DNA of 64,000 bases from assembly GCF_009914755.1 (NCBI RefSeq), contig NC_060932.1. One strand, 5' to 3'. The notes below the pieces were generated by a model. It was not told the DNA's origin and ran no database searches. It was given only the letters and a program-made list of their open reading frames with translations. Positions within the stretch are counted from its first letter, which is position 1. Each line of letters starts with the position of its first letter. A program made the position numbers and the translations under genes. The stretch comes from the human T2T-CHM13v2.0 reference genome, Homo sapiens. This document shows, piece after piece, positions 24,674 through 38,789 of the stretch.

Positions 24674-24987
24674 GCATCAAAGAATCCCCTCTGCTCATAT
24701 TCTGAATAAAGGCTGATGGTATACTGACTAATTGTTGAATGTTCGAAAGGACAGTGGAGTCAAGAAAACCCCGGCATGCTCACTTTAGAGAACAGATGAG
24801 AAGGAACCCAGGCGAGAGTAAAAAACAGTGATCTCAGACTGAGCTTGAATGAAGGGAACCTCTTAACAGAGAGCATCATATGCCTGTTGGAGGTGTTCTC
24901 CAGAGTTTCAGGGAGTATCAGTACCCCCTGCCCTGAAAAGGAAAAATCCCACTTGATTTTATAGCCATGAACAGTTAGAATAGGAAC

Positions 24988-25431
24988 TGTGGTGAACTGA
25001 ACAGCGGCCCTTCAAAAGATATCCAGGTCAAACCCCTGGAACTTGTAAATGCTACCTTATATGACAAAAGATGTGACTAAGTTACAGATCTTGAGAGAAG
25101 AAGCTATCCTGGATTAAGCAGGTGGATCCTAAATGCAATCATCTGTGTCCTTACAAGAGTGGGGTAGGAGTTTTGAGAGAGACAGAGGAGAAGGCAATGT
25201 GAAGATAGCAGAGAAGAAGATGTGGCCACAAGCCAAGGAATGCTAACGAGCTACCAGAAACTGGAAGGGGCAAGGAAGGATTGCCCCCTGGAGCCTTCAC
25301 AGAAAGTACAGCCTTGCCTACACCTTGATTTCATACTTTTGCCACCCAGGACTGTGAGACAATAAATTTCTGCTGTTTTAATCCACCCAGTTTGTGATCA
25401 TTTGTTATGGTAGCCCTAGGAAACTAAAACG
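24988..25431 (+). mobile_element. MLT1C/D-like MaLR solo LTR
   Basis: TGTGGTGAACTGAAC start; aataaatttctgctgttttaatccacccagtttgtg...gccctaggaaactaa end. Confidence 0.85.
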
Positions 25432-25438
25432 AGAACTA

Positions 25439-25610
25439 AGCCAGGTGTGGTGGCACACACCTGTCATCCCAGCTACTCAAGAGACTGAGGTGGGAGGATC
25501 ACTTGAGCCCAGGAGGTTGAGGCTGCAGTGAGCTGTGATTGTGCCACCGCACTTCAGCTTGAATGACAGAGTGAGACCTCATCTCAAATAAATAAATAAG
25601 TAAATAAAAC
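25439..25610 (+). mobile_element. FRAM / AluJ right monomer
   Basis: gccaggtgtggtggcacacacctgt...gaggctgcagtgagctgtgattg...gacagagtgagacc plus a (TAAA)n tail. Confidence 0.9.
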
Positions 25611-27854
25611 AAGAATGAAAATCCCACAAGCCTTAAGGACCTCTTTAATGCCCTTTCACTCACACCCCAAGGAACAAATGTTTTCCTTCAGCATTTTAGA
25701 TTAAGTAATAATAAATCTCCTAGGCTTTGGAGATTCATATATCAAAAGCTAATATATTTTTAGTTTCAACAACATAATTTTTCTGCCAAGAAACGTAAGT
25801 ATAGATTTCTATTAGAAAGAAAAATGTGTCGAGGGTAAGGGATTTTGGATCTTGACTTAAACATGGAGTTTATGCATCTGTTAAGTTCTGTATTATTTAC
25901 AGTCATTTCAAACATAGAGAAAAAAATGTCAGAAGAGAGAGACCAGTATGAAATCCTTAAGGAAAAAAAGTGACTGAGAGGGAGAGAAAGAGAGAGGTAC
26001 CCATGTATCAAGAAATAGAGTTTAGATCGATTGAAGGCGCCTAACGGAGATTATGAACTGTAAATAACAGCTTCATCATTCCCATCCAGGAAATACAGTT
26101 CTCTTGGGAAAAGTACTGAGGGGCAGTGATGGCCATTAGTGTGCCATCAGACATGATTTACCTTGGGTGTTAACAATACGGCAATATGCACTAAGCCAGG
26201 GGTTTCCTTTCCAAAAGTACGTTCAGAGGTCAAAACTTGAGTTTTCTAAAATCAAAGTTACAGGAGGAAAAATTTCCACAAAAGTGTAAAGTCCTTCCGA
26301 CTTCTACAGATTTCAAGGTTTAAACCTAACTGCATCCTGCGATGGGACCAGCTTGAAAATCACATCACCATCCGGCATCTCAGATTGATGTATGTAAACT
26401 ATTCCTCCATCCCAAGGGAGCTTCCTCAAGCTGTCCACTAGGACAGGAGGCTGGAAGCCAGAATGGGCTGTGTTACAATCTAGTGGGAATTTTCATGATC
26501 CACTGTCAATAAGAAGACAGCCATAAACATATGCACTGGCTCATGTGCCAAATGTTTATAAGCAATTGTTGTGAAACCATGTTCCTGGTTAAAAATCAAA
26601 AGCAGATTGAAAGCAATGCAGCATTCCTGGGCTTTCTTTTAAGGAAACCATTTATTCAGTTTTTCTGGGAACCTGTAATTCTTGGGTTAACAATAAGCAT
26701 GCTGATTATAAGTAAGAATGCATTCTCATAGCCTACTGTTTATAATAAATATTATCTCCAATAAGTAAGGTGTGGGACTAATGTATACTTAGTTTTTACT
26801 CTGTCTATAATGTTGAATTTCTATTGACTCACAATCTGGAAAAGTTGAGATTTAACTCAATTTGAAGATAGTACCTACTCTAAGTTGGACACTTGGCTAT
26901 GTTTCTTTGAATATATTATGGTATTTAATTGTCAAGACATCCTAGTGGATCAACTATCCGTAGCCCTGTTTTACAGATGGGTATGCTTTAAAAAATTATT
27001 TTATGTAATCTTCCTCCTTCAAGATGATTAACACAATCAATTATAGAGTAATCTAAACTCCAACATGTGATTTCGGGATTTTAAGTGACAGAGCCAGGGT
27101 TCACAATCTAGTAATTCGTGTCTAATAAATGTTTTATATCAAGTAGTCCCTACAGTTCGTTCTAACTTTGAAAAGGTATTTCTATGACCGAGTGGTAGCA
27201 AATATCAACACATTACTCTAATCAAAGTACTCACAACAGCCAAAAAATAAAATACAAGTGAACAAACGGAGAATATCTGATATAAGATACTGCTGACCCA
27301 TTTTAATATGCTTTAAAAATCTTCTAGAAAAACAAGCTACAAGAGACAAGAAAAGAAAATGAGCTATGAAGACAAATATAAATGAAACCCTATTATTAAC
27401 TTTATCTGTTTGGTTGTAATATTTTTTCCAATTATTTACTCCCTTTCCTATAAGAGGATAATAAATCTCCTTCTGTTGTTATATATCTTGTAGTATCTTC
27501 CTGCATTAGTAATTTAATTCCCTGCTGTATGGTTAGGCTTGGCCACAGACATTCTTTGGCCAAGGACATTTGAGCAGAAGCATTAAGGGTCATGGCCCTA
27601 ATACTCTTTTCCTTGCTATAAGAATGGCAAGGCTCAGACAGTGGCTGCTACTTCATCCTAGATATTGAAGGGAGAAGGCAGATGGAGTTTAATTATAGCT
27701 GACTCACAGTTGACCACATGCAAAGTAACTAGAAAAAAGCTATCATGCTTGTATGCAGCTGCAAATTTGTGAGTTGTTACTGTAGCACAGCTTATCACAG
27801 GCTGTTACATCTGGATATTGTTCTGCTTTCTTTCTTAATTTTCACACCATCAAA

Positions 27855-28610
27855 TGATTCTCAACCTAAAACTCTATACTCAGCCGAGCTAGAAACTAAA
27901 TGTGAGGGTAGAATAAAGCCATTTTTAGTCATGCATTGCCCCCAGAGTTTTCCTCCAATGCACTCTTTCTTAAGCTACTGGAAAATATATTCCAACAAAT
28001 TAACCAAAGAAGCCAAAATGGAAGAATAAATGGGATCTAGGAAAAGAGGAAATCCAATCCTAAGAGAAGCAAAGGAAATTACCAGGATGATGATGAAGAG
28101 AGATGTCAAAATGACAATTGTGTACAATCACAGAAGAGCAAGTAAGGCTTCACTAACATGAAATTGACAGATTACTTACCATGTTGAACATGATTTTGTG
28201 CAGAAATTTTTACCAATGGATGAGAAGCTCAAGTTCAATTATTAGTGTTTTAAAAATCCAGAAAACTAAATGAAAGAAAAAAGAAAAAGAAGCAAAACAA
28301 CTACTAACTCTAAGAAATGAAACCATGTTGTGGAGGTAAATAAAGTTAACTGTGGTTGAACTGTAAAGCATTTTTACCTAGTCATAATGTAAACACTAAA
28401 TACTGATCTAACTAAAATTGTAACACAAGTGTATTGAGAGAATGTGTGATCAGGAAGCTTATAGCATGTGTAGCCAGTAGGGGTGAGGAGGTAGTAAAAA
28501 AAGAGCTAATCTTTCATATAATGAGTTAATTGATAATGCCTAAAACTGAAAAATCAAGCAGTAGAAGTATATGCATGTTCTTTACAGATATGTAGGCAAA
28601 TTCAAAGTAT
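27855..28610 (+). mobile_element. HAL1 / old L1 ORF1-related fragment
   Basis: caacctaaaactctatactcagccgagcta...tgtgagggtagaataaag resembles the L1/HAL1 ORF1 C-terminal region. Confidence 0.55.
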
Positions 28611-29420
28611 AGCTGGTAGGCCAGTTCAGATTCTTGACTTTGCTGAATGAACGAATTTGAGAGCGAGTACATGGTAAAAATAGGCAAGAGAATGTGTATG
28701 TGTGTGGTTTTTTTTTTTTACCTTTTATTTTAGGTTCAGGGGTGTATGTACAGGCTTGTTACATAAGTAAACTTGTGTCATGGGGGTTTGTTGTACAGAT
28801 AACCTCATCACCCAGGTATTAAACCTAGTACCCATTAGTTATTTTTCCCAATCCTCTCCCTCCCCCGACCCTGCACCCCCCAATACTATGCAGGCAAGAA
28901 AATTTATTGCAAAGCAAAAGTACACTCTGACAGCTGATAAGAACTGGCTGCTAAAAGGTGAGACAGCACAGACTGACATGGGGAAACTCCCTTTATGGGA
29001 GTCTTGTATGATTATTCATAAAGAGGTGGGATGGAATGCTGCCATTAAGCATGTTATAGGTGGTTTTCTGGCATGCATGCGCTGTGGTTGTAGTCACTAG
29101 TACACATACATGTGCTGTGGTTGTACACGCTAGTACATTTAAGATGCATGTCTCATTAGCATCTTAAATCTCCACCCAGGGGTGTGCTTTTTACTATTAT
29201 AATGAGCATAAGTCAGGCCAAGAACACTAATCATGTGTTTCTGTGATTGCATACATTTGGGCATTTTCCCTTTTGCTCTTCTGCCTCTTTGCTGGAGGAT
29301 GTTCTAACCACCAGCCCAGGATGTGATTGGTGCACTGTAAGGGGGTTTGTTCTCTGAATCTATTTAGCAAGTTTGTTCTCCTTTAAGGGAGGCTGTAACC
29401 ACCCTACCTAACCTACCTCA
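28610..29420 (-). mobile_element. ERV1 LTR (MER50/51/61-group-like) with a nested L1 3' end
   Basis: tttattgcaaagcaaaagtacac...ccacccaggggtgtgctttttactattataatgagc...cctacctca terminus. Confidence 0.6.
28707..28882 (-). mobile_element. 5'-truncated older L1PA (about L1PA13-16) 3' end
   Basis: ttttattttaggttcaggggt...gggggtttgttgtacagat...cctagtacccattagttattttt; flanked by aggcaaga(g/a)aat duplication. Confidence 0.85.
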
Positions 29421-29497
29421 AAAGAACATCAGCTACAAGTGTTGAAATTTGCTGCCTCTGGGGAATGAGAAAAGAGAATACCAGAATCACCACAATG

Positions 29498-29801
29498 CTT
29501 TTTTTTTTTTTTTTTTTTAGACAGAGTCTTGCTCTGTCACCCAGGCTAGAGTGCAGTGGCACGATCTCAGCTCAATGCAACCTCTGTCTCCCAGATTCAG
29601 CGATTCTCCTGCCTCAGCCCCCTGAGTAGCTGGGATTACTACTCAGGTGCCCGCCACTGCACCCAACTAATTTTTGTATTTTTAGTAGAGATGGGGATTC
29701 ACCATCTTGACCAGTCTGGTCTCGAATTCCTGACCTCATGATCCATCCACCTCAGCCTTCCAAAGTGCTGGCATTACAGTCATGAGCCACTGCACCCGGC
29801 C
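29498..29801 (-). mobile_element. AluS (Sg/Sc-like)
   Basis: Full reverse Alu with poly(T). Confidence 0.95.
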
Positions 29802-32800
29802 CAGAATGTTGTTTTTTTTTGTAACAAGCTTCATAGAAAGAACTACATCACTTTTTGAACGACATGCATGTACAATTTTGATACAAGGAAGAACTGATTT
29901 AAATAAAAATCCATGTTCAAATGCAAGGATTAGCATTTGGAAGATGCATATGAGGTAGTTAAGAAGAAAATAGACAAAACATTTTCTCTTCCAAAGTGTT
30001 TCCCTACTTTGTATTTTTCTAAGTCAAAACTACATTTTCAGACCTGTGGCTTGTCTGCTAAATTTCTGCCCTTTCACTCGATCTCAAACTTTAATGTCAA
30101 GCTCCTAAAAGTTTTCCATCTTAGTTCTCTCAGACAAGAGAAAACATGTGTATAATGAAAAACCACAACCCCAAACAAAAAGCAAAAGCAAACAAACAGA
30201 AAAATTCACAATTCAGACTGAAAATACAGCATCTATTAGTCTCCTGAGACTCTTTATCAAAACAAGGGCTCTTGGAACCTGAGCAGATATGGAAATCCAA
30301 ACACCTGCTGCTCCCGTCTTTCTTTCGGATGTATTTTTCTTTTTACTTCCAGTGTTGTTAACCAGCAGTGACCAGCAAGGTGGTGCGTCCTTCCTGACCA
30401 GATATTCACTCCACAGCTGGGTTGCATACTGAATGCCAAATTAAAAATCAGTATTCCTGAAATTAATTCTGACTAGTGGGAGGAGGGTGCCCTCCAGAGC
30501 CTGCACACGAGCATGTGTGTGGATGTGTGTGTGAGCTTACTTGAAGGCAACTGACAGGGTTTGCATCAAACCTTTGTGTGTCTGTGCCTGTATCAACCCT
30601 TTTATAAAACAGCTACCTGAAAAGAAAGATGATCACTCAGATAAACTGTATTTTAAATAAGTCCATCTGCAAATGGACTGCACGCACATATGAACGTGCA
30701 CACACACAACACACCCCCAGAGCAACCAATTCATAGAATAAAAAAACTTTCATGTCTTCTTTCAGTAAGCCACAACCTCAAAAATTGTCTTATAATAGGG
30801 TTCTATGGATGTGATTTGCACACTGTTGGGTGGTATAATCATTTTCTTGCAGAAGACCTTGCTTCCCTTCAAAAAGACATAATTAAAAAGACTGGAAGCG
30901 AGACATCCTTTCCCAACTACTCTTATGAAAGTCTGTGGACTAAAATGCAAATCTCAATTATGATCTCTCTCATGAAAGTGACTCTATCTGAAAAATGTGT
31001 CCTATTATTACTCTTTAATTTCTGGCACACAGAGACATTCTCTGAGAAAACATCTAACATGGAACTCTGCAATTAGAATCACAGAAACATGGGTTTATGA
31101 TTTTAAAGTTTGTAGAAAGCTTTGGGATGATTCAAAACCCAGGGGATCATATTGAAGAGATAGTGGGGGCTCATGAAGGCAGGTTCCCACAGGCAGTTAG
31201 TTACATAGTAGAAGCAGCCTGCTAGTCCACTCACTAAGCTGATCCTGGAACAAACTGTTCAGAACCAGAGGCCATTTATTTAAAATGGGGTACAATGCCA
31301 GAAAGTAAAATGATCTCCTGTTTTCAGACAGCAAACTTTGTTTCTACTTGGAGTATAGAATATTGCCTTCTGTATCAAGGTAAAATTCTATAAACAAAGA
31401 GGGCATAAGGTATAGAAAACAATCTGCCAACTTTGCCCAATCCAAGATTATGCTCATATATGCATTATTTTGAAAAATACTAATTGCAACATATTTACTG
31501 AGTAGTCCATGATGTTAGAGAGGAGACTGATGAGGGGGAAATTTAAATGCACATCTGAATTGAATCAGGGATCCCCTAACACCCTTCTGTCCAAGAACCC
31601 CTTCAGGTGGGCTCTGTACTTTTCTTAGGTAAGTTTCCATGAACATACGCTGAAGAAATGAGAAGGAAGCTTATCCCCAGAGAGCATTTCTCTAGCTTTT
31701 AAGTCATTTCTGTCGATCGTTTCACCTTTTTCTCTCAGTCATCTTATCTAATGCAATATAATGTAGATTTGGGAATTTGAATGCACAAATATCTTTACAA
31801 CTGAGCAAAATAATCTTGGAGCACAGACTATGTTCTGGGTAGGGAGGATGCAGGTGCACATTTTAACATTAATCCTTTAAACCCATGTGAATGTAATCAA
31901 CCAAACAATCTCTTTCAATTCTTTCCCGTTTGACCCCACTTTAGAATCTCAATTTTTATCTCATAATCCTTTATTTGCCAATACTATGTTCACTTCTGAG
32001 TAACCTAAATAATTCCAGCACACATATTCCCAGAAAGCATAGACTCTGGCTGAACTGAGGAAAATCAGGTGGATGCAGGGAGAGGCTATCTTCAGTGATT
32101 CTCTGGGGGCTGAAACTAGTTTCATGTGCCAATATCCAATGCTATTTAAAAGAACATAATGGAGAGAGGATAATCTCAAACCCACACACACAGAAACTAA
32201 GTTCCAGAAAACCAGGCTGCAACAAGATGAGAAAACAACAACAACAACAAACACCCTGACAGATTTGCTTCTCTTTCATGCTGGCTAATTTCCCTGGGAA
32301 ACTACTGGCCAGCAGCATGGATTCCAAGTGTATTCTCTATGCTTCTCTCACCTTGTCATTTAAAGGAAAGCCTAGGCACCACTGCCAGTGCTTGTCACCT
32401 CACTTATCAAGGTACATGCTACGGGCAAAGAGGCTATTTAGTATAGAAAGCAATCTTCAAACTTTGCCCCTAAAGAAAACCAAGATAATGCCCACCTCTT
32501 TTTCCACTGGAAACTCTCTCTCTTTCAATCTTGTTGTGGCCTGTGGTCTAATGCTACTCTTCCTCTTTATGAAAAAGCCATGCTTTTTGCCACTAAGCCC
32601 AGTGACTTTTGAACTTTGCACATGATGACCATCTGAATTAGGCTTACCTGTCCTGGACACATAACCCTCTATTTTTCTTTCCCTTGGTTGAGTTTCCAAT
32701 CAAGGCTAGCCGTTCTGCAAAGAGATTAGACACACACATGCACATATACAGCTCCTAGAAGGGGACTGTGCACCGTTCATCTTTAACAGATGAAGTCTAT

Positions 32801-34652
32801 TTATTGCTTTTCCCCTCAGGAAAGGCACTCTGTCTTCTGGCTTCCCATCAATGACCACAACTTACACTATGGGATTGCAGTTACATGTCCTCCACACCAG
32901 TTAATTATTTCTCTAAAAATAGTATAGTCATCAACATCTTTCCAATCTAATTACAGTTCAATTCCTAGGTAATCTATTACACTGGACATACACTCAAATT
33001 CAACATTATTTCGAAGGTAGATTCCTGTCAGAGTTCCCTTCTCAGCATTCTTTTCATCTAATATTCTTCAACATGACAAGTGACATTTTTCATTCATATG
33101 TATTTCAGACATCTTAGGAATGCTATGGAAATAGATAAGCAGATAAACAAAAGCCTGTGTTTCCTTCCCTGCTGAATGACCACCCTTAGGATATATATCC
33201 TTAACCTATGTTTTGACCACTAACCTCTCTGCTTCCTTGGATGGTTAATAACAGAGGAGGGTAGGCATGGAGCTTCTAATAAATCAGAAATGGATTTTAT
33301 TTAAAACTGCAATCCATGCCTTTGCATTTTGGGGTCTGCTGAATAAAAACAGGAAGCCTAATTTGCACATTCCTTCAATGGTTTCCCTCTGCTATCTCCA
33401 CTCTTCCTTGGCATTCTGCTGAATATGCACCTCAGAAAGAATTCAAGGCTTCCTTGGCATGATTTTGATGAATAGGAACCTATGAGGCTTAATAAGAGGC
33501 ACCAAAATGGACAGACACCTAAGGGGAAAAACAGGTCTGTGTTGATGGATGTCTTTCCCTGGGGAGTTGGGGCACTGCTGAGATGCAGTTTTTCCAGCAA
33601 TTGGTAAAATGGAAAGATAATTCAAGGCAGCACATGCAAGGCAGGGTGTGCAATGTATTTTCTTGGCAGCAACGAGTGTGCAGAAAAAATCAGATAAGTA
33701 GCTGCTTCACAGGTTGCCAGAGGGATATACAGCAGAGAAAGGAGTGTGCCCAGAAAGGATGGCATGGAATGAAGATGTGAATATTACGCTGGTCCAGCTA
33801 AGTGGTGGCCCACAGTAGCCTTTATCTACTCATTCATTATTGACCTGAACTCCTACCAGAACATTCACTTTTGGTGCTCCCATTTTTTAAAAAAAATTAA
33901 GAACAAACAAACAACAACCACCACCAAACACCCCCTCCCCACCCAGACTCCAAGGGTTTCTAAGCTTCATGTTCAGAGGAAGCAAAAACTGCAAGGTATT
34001 ATAACAATCATTTTCTAGTAAAATTGTATGCGATCACTCAGGAAATAACACCTTCACTTACACAAGATCAGCTTGGTTAACAGGGTGGGGGTGTCACTGC
34101 TGTTTCTTGCAGATATATCCACTGAGCTTTTCCCCACATTGACCTGTTTTCCTAACACTTTTTTGAAGATAGAAACTCTTAAAACTTATTTAGAAGGGAT
34201 GTTTAGCTTATCTTCTACCCCATCATACCTCATTCTGCTAATTTCCTTTATATTTCTTTCTCCCTGATGAATATTGGAAACTTGCTAAGGGAATCTGTGG
34301 TTGAGGTGAATGGGTTACGTATGAAGCATGTTTTTCATTCTGATGCTTCGACTCTGGAACGTTCCTGACCCTAGAGAGACTAACTTTCCCAGAGCCAGCC
34401 AATTCCTAGAGATGGTAAATGATTCACCTGCCTTTCATATGAAAACCAACAAGTCCAAAGTCAATACCTTCAACTATCTCCTCTACCAGGCTCTTATACT
34501 CAGGGCCATTACTTCCCTTCCCTAATTACCCAAGAGCCATGTGTTAGAAAACAAGGGACAGCCATATGCCCTAGAGCCCACTAAAATTATCAAGCTAACC
34601 AATCCCAAAACTGCTTACCCCACCATAACCATTTATTTTCAAGGAAACCATA

Positions 34653-35220
34653 AATATACCCAAAGGATTATACTCCCAAAATTATAAATCATCCTACTGT
34701 AAAGACATATGTACACATATGTTTATTCCAGCACTATTTGCAATTGCAAAGACTTGGAACCAACTCAAATACCCATCAATGATAGACTGAGTAAAGAAAA
34801 TGTGGCACATACACACTATGGAATATTACACAGCCATAAAAAAGAATGGGTTCATGTCATTTGCATGGATATGGATGAAGCTGGAAGTCATCATTCTCAG
34901 CAAACTAACACAAGAACAGAAAACCAAACACTGCATGTTCTCACTCATAAGTGGGAGTTGGACAATGAGAACATGTGGACACAGGGAGGGGAACATCACA
35001 CACTGGGGCCTGTCAGAGGTGGGGGGCAAGGGGAGGGATAGCATTAGGACAAATATCTAATGCATGTGGGGTTTAAACCTGGAAGATGGGTTGATAGGTG
35101 CAGCAAACCACCATGGCACATGTATACTTATGTAACAAACCTGCATGTTCTGCACATGTATCCTAGAACTTAAAGTAAAAATTTAAAAAAATTGCCTACC
35201 GTGTAAAAAAATAAAAAAAG
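34653..35220 (+). mobile_element. 5'-truncated L1PA (about L1PA7/8) ORF2 end and 3' UTR
   Basis: Encodes WHIHTMEYYTAIKKN...MKLEVIILSKL...HCMFSLISGS, the ORF2 C-terminus; 3' UTR ends cctagaacttaaagtaaaa. Confidence 0.95.
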
Positions 35221-35302
35221 AAGGAAGGAAGAAAGAAAGAAATGAAGGAAGGAAGGAAGGAAGGAAGGAAGGAAGGAAGGAAGGAATAAGAAAGAAAGAA
35301 AA

Positions 35303-35354
<52 letters not shown>

Positions 35355-35367
35355 GAAAGAAAGAAAG
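35221..35367 (+). repeat. Compound (GGAA)n/(GAAA)n microsatellite derived from the L1 tail
   Basis: (GGAA)10 at 35247-35286, followed by a (GAAA)n run. Confidence 0.95.
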
Positions 35368-35755
35368 ACTTGCCCATGTTCTCCTATCATATTCCTTCTG
35401 CCTCCTGACCGAAACTAGTGCTTCTCCACGTGACCCTGTGTATGTGGCTTACCCACTCCTGTTGAGAACTATGAATAACAAACTATGTCTTCAATGGCAA
35501 TTGTCTCCTGATTTTTAGGCCTTAACATTTCTGAATAAGAATAAAAACTTCACTTTAAAACAGGTTATTGTAAGCTTTCTTTAATTTCATGTTTGGCATA
35601 AGTGGTAGTGGAAATCAGGAGGATTTCCTCACCCTGTGAGGGAAAATATTCTGTAAGCCTACAGGGAATGACAGATCAATGCTAAGAGTCTGCAGGAAAT
35701 GATTCAGAAAATATTTCAAAGAAACGGGATCTTAAACAATTCTAAAAGAGTAGCT

Positions 35756-36136
35756 CTTGTGGACTAAATATTGTCCCCCAAAAATTCATACCTGGAAGCC
35801 CTAATACACAATGTGACTATGTTTGGAGATAGGGCCTTAAAGAAGGTAATTAAGGTTAAATGAGGTCATAAGGATGGGGTTCTAATTCAACAGGACTGAT
35901 GTTCTAACAAAAAGAGGAAGAGATATCAGGAATACTTGCATACAGAGAAAACACCATGTGAGGACACAATGAGAAGGCAGCCAACTGCAAACCAAGGAGA
36001 GACCTCACGAGATACCAGTGCTGTCTGCGCCTTGATATTGGACTTCCCAGACTCCAGAACTGTGAGAAAAACATGTCTGTTATTTAAGTCACGCCATCTG
36101 TGGCATTTTGTTATGGCAGTCCAAGCAGTCTAATAG
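35756..36136 (+). mobile_element. MLT1A0/B-like solo LTR
   Basis: gtggactaaatattgtccccc...tttggagatagggcc...ggacttcccagactccagaactgtgag. Confidence 0.85.
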
Positions 36137-36639
36137 AGAAGCTGATAGGCAAAGATAGAAATGCATGATTAGAGAACTTGAAGGGAAGATCTTGGAGAAA
36201 GGACAGCATGTTAAAGCCTGGTCATCAAAGTGTCTGTTAATTCAGGGTCTGGTGAAATGTCAGTGAGGCAGGAGCCCAGGGAAACTGGAGAAAACTGGGA
36301 AAGGAAAAAAAGTACTGAAATGTTTTGGAAAGAGTCTTGAATGCTAAAGTTAACAATTTCTAACTAATTGTGTTTGCGGTAAGAAACGAGCAGAAATGTT
36401 AAATAGAAGAGTGGCATGATTACATTTTAATAGGTTCTTTTACAGAGTGTGTGAAAGATATCACATGCAGCAAGGTAGAATGAAATATTAAGGGGAATAA
36501 CAGGTTGGAGATACATACAATAAATCAGGTAAGAATTGATGAAGGGGCAAATGAAGCTGTAGGAATAAGGGAGAGAATCAAAGTTGGACTTGCTTCTAGA
36601 CTTTGAATTTGGGCATGTTTTCACTGAGAATCATATGTC

Positions 36640-37300
36640 ACTCTAATTCTTCCTTTGGAGGTAACTTATCTTTTTCTTCTGATTGCTTTTAAGATTATAT
36701 CTTTGACTTAGTGTATAAGCTATCATGATATTTAGGTATAGGTTTCTTATTTCTACTTCTTATGATTTTTCAACTCTCTGAATCTAAGATTAAATTTTTT
36801 AATTAATTCTTAAATATTTTAGCACTTCTCTCCTGGAATATTGTGTAGTCCCCATTGTATCCCTCCTCTCCTTTTGGAGTTAAACTGCGCATATAATAGA
36901 CCTCTATTTTTCATGTATCTTACTCACTTTTTATATTTTTTCTTTCTTTTTCTCTGTTCTTCAGTCTTAAAATTTTCTTCAGAACTATTTTCCAGTTTTC
37001 TAATGCTCTCTTTAACAGTGTCTAATCTCCTGTTTAACCCTTCTATAGAGATTTTATTTTCAACTATATAGTTAATTTATAGAAGTTCTATTTGTTTTTT
37101 TGAAATCTACTTGATAATTTTACAGTCTCTTGATTCTTAATCATATTTTAATCCACTTTTATTTCTTTAAATGTGTTAAATATACTTATTTTATATTTTA
37201 CATTTAATAACTTCAATATCTGAAGTCTCTGTTTTATTTTCTGACTTTTGATTATGGTGTTCTGTTTATACCTGTGTGTGAATATGTGTGTCTTTGTTCT
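36640..37300 (-). mobile_element. Old L1/HAL1 fragment
   Basis: T-rich reverse L1M/HAL1-like sequence. Confidence 0.5.
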
Positions 37301-38436
37301 AGGCTTTTTATTTTTTAATAGTGGGAGGGTTGTTAAATAAATCTAATCTACTATGCTATCAGGTATACAACTGAATAAAACACAGTACATAAGTATCTTA
37401 TGAGGTTAAATTTATAGGCTTTAGTGTCAAAATTAATGCAGGGTTTGAAAGAAACAAAAGCACTGGAATGACTCCCAAGTTTTTGGCTTGACATATTAGG
37501 TAGCTGCCATGAATTAATATTTTTAAAAACTAGTCTGGGGTTAAAGATTCCGGCTTTAGACATATAAATATCCAACTGAAAGTATAAATATGGTTTTCTT
37601 TCAGCATGGAGGTTAGAGATTTAACTGCAAATTTGGTAGTAAAGCAAGATATAGTCAATGGTTGGGCCCATCTAAGTTACTAGTATCAGCCATTGGGCCA
37701 TGTAAAACAAGTGGAAAAGAGATTAAATGACAAAGAAGCAAGAACCAGAAGGGGAGGTTAAGAAACAGTGAAAGAGTCAGAAATGTAGGATATCCAGGAG
37801 TTAGTAACAGTCCAGAAATCAATGGAAGACCAATCTTAAATGAAGAAAGCATTTAAAAAATCAGGAACTATAAAAAACTTGAGTAGGATTATATTTCATA
37901 GATATTTATCATTGAACTTTGGCAACAGGTTTGGTTTCCTGAATTCAAGGAGTCTGATAATAAAAAGCCAAAGAATACACAGTGACAGTTAAGATTTTCA
38001 TAGTTCTTGATTTTATTATTTGCTTCTTGGGGGATTGATCAGATTCATAAGCAGAAGGAACTGGACCAGTAAGGAAGGAGCCATGAAAGTGCATGGGAGA
38101 AGGGATGACTGGTACAGCAAAATCTGGGAGGCTTGGTGGAAAGAATAAACTACAAGATACAATAAAAAATCATTAGAATTGTAAAAGAAGAGGGATATTT
38201 CTTTCTGTAAAAATTATGGGAAAGGAGGTGAACTTTAAAGAGGATTTAACTGTGTATTGTCAGGAAAGCTGAAAGTGTTCATAATAATTTTTTTCCCTTC
38301 TGCATAGTAAGTTATCCACTCAAAGCACGAATGGTGAAGATAGGAAGCTTAAAGGAAAGAAAGGCTTTTAACAGCCATGTGATCAAGGACAGAGAAATTG
38401 ACCGAAAAGAAGGAAAATGATTACTGAGCTGTGCCA

Positions 38437-38624
38437 CTTGGTTCTTAAATTTTAGCATGCATCAGAATCAACTGAAAACCCTGTCAAAATAGTTTACCGG
38501 ATGCCACCCCCAGAGATTCTAGTACAGTAAATCTGAAATGGGATCTGAAAAGATACATTTCTAACATCTTTCCAGTTGGTACAGACACTGCTGGTATAGG
38601 AACCATATTTTGAGAACCATTGCT
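38437..38624. mobile_element. MER5-family DNA transposon
   Basis: ggttcttaaattttagcatgcatcagaatca...catttctaaca...tttgagaaccattgc. Confidence 0.8.
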
Positions 38625-38789
38625 TTTAGGTGGTATAAAGTGAATAGAAAGCATTTTCAACCAAGATAATTTCTCTGTAGTTACTTTAAAGTATGCAATT
38701 TTATCAGATTGATCTTTGTAGCAAAGGTTCATGAAATTTATGAGATTTATTTTATGCATTTTCAAGATTTCCTGACTTCATTCAGGCTC

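Larger units (their letters stand above)
34320..35562 (+). mobile_element. ERVL LTR (MER74/MER73-like) split by an L1PA insertion
   Basis: gccagccaattcctagagatggtaaa...cctttcatatgaaaaccaac; resumes after the L1 tail with cttgcccatg...ctgcctcctgacc. Confidence 0.6.

Noticed and set aside
30370-30388. CTCF-like motif CAGCAAGGTGGTGC
   Set aside because: About three mismatches to the core motif; cannot be supported without ChIP data.
35183-35390. Low-complexity SFFL/PSFL ORFs and an array-like repeat
   Set aside because: They are translations of the GGAA/GAAA microsatellite. There are no spacers, so this is not a CRISPR-like array.
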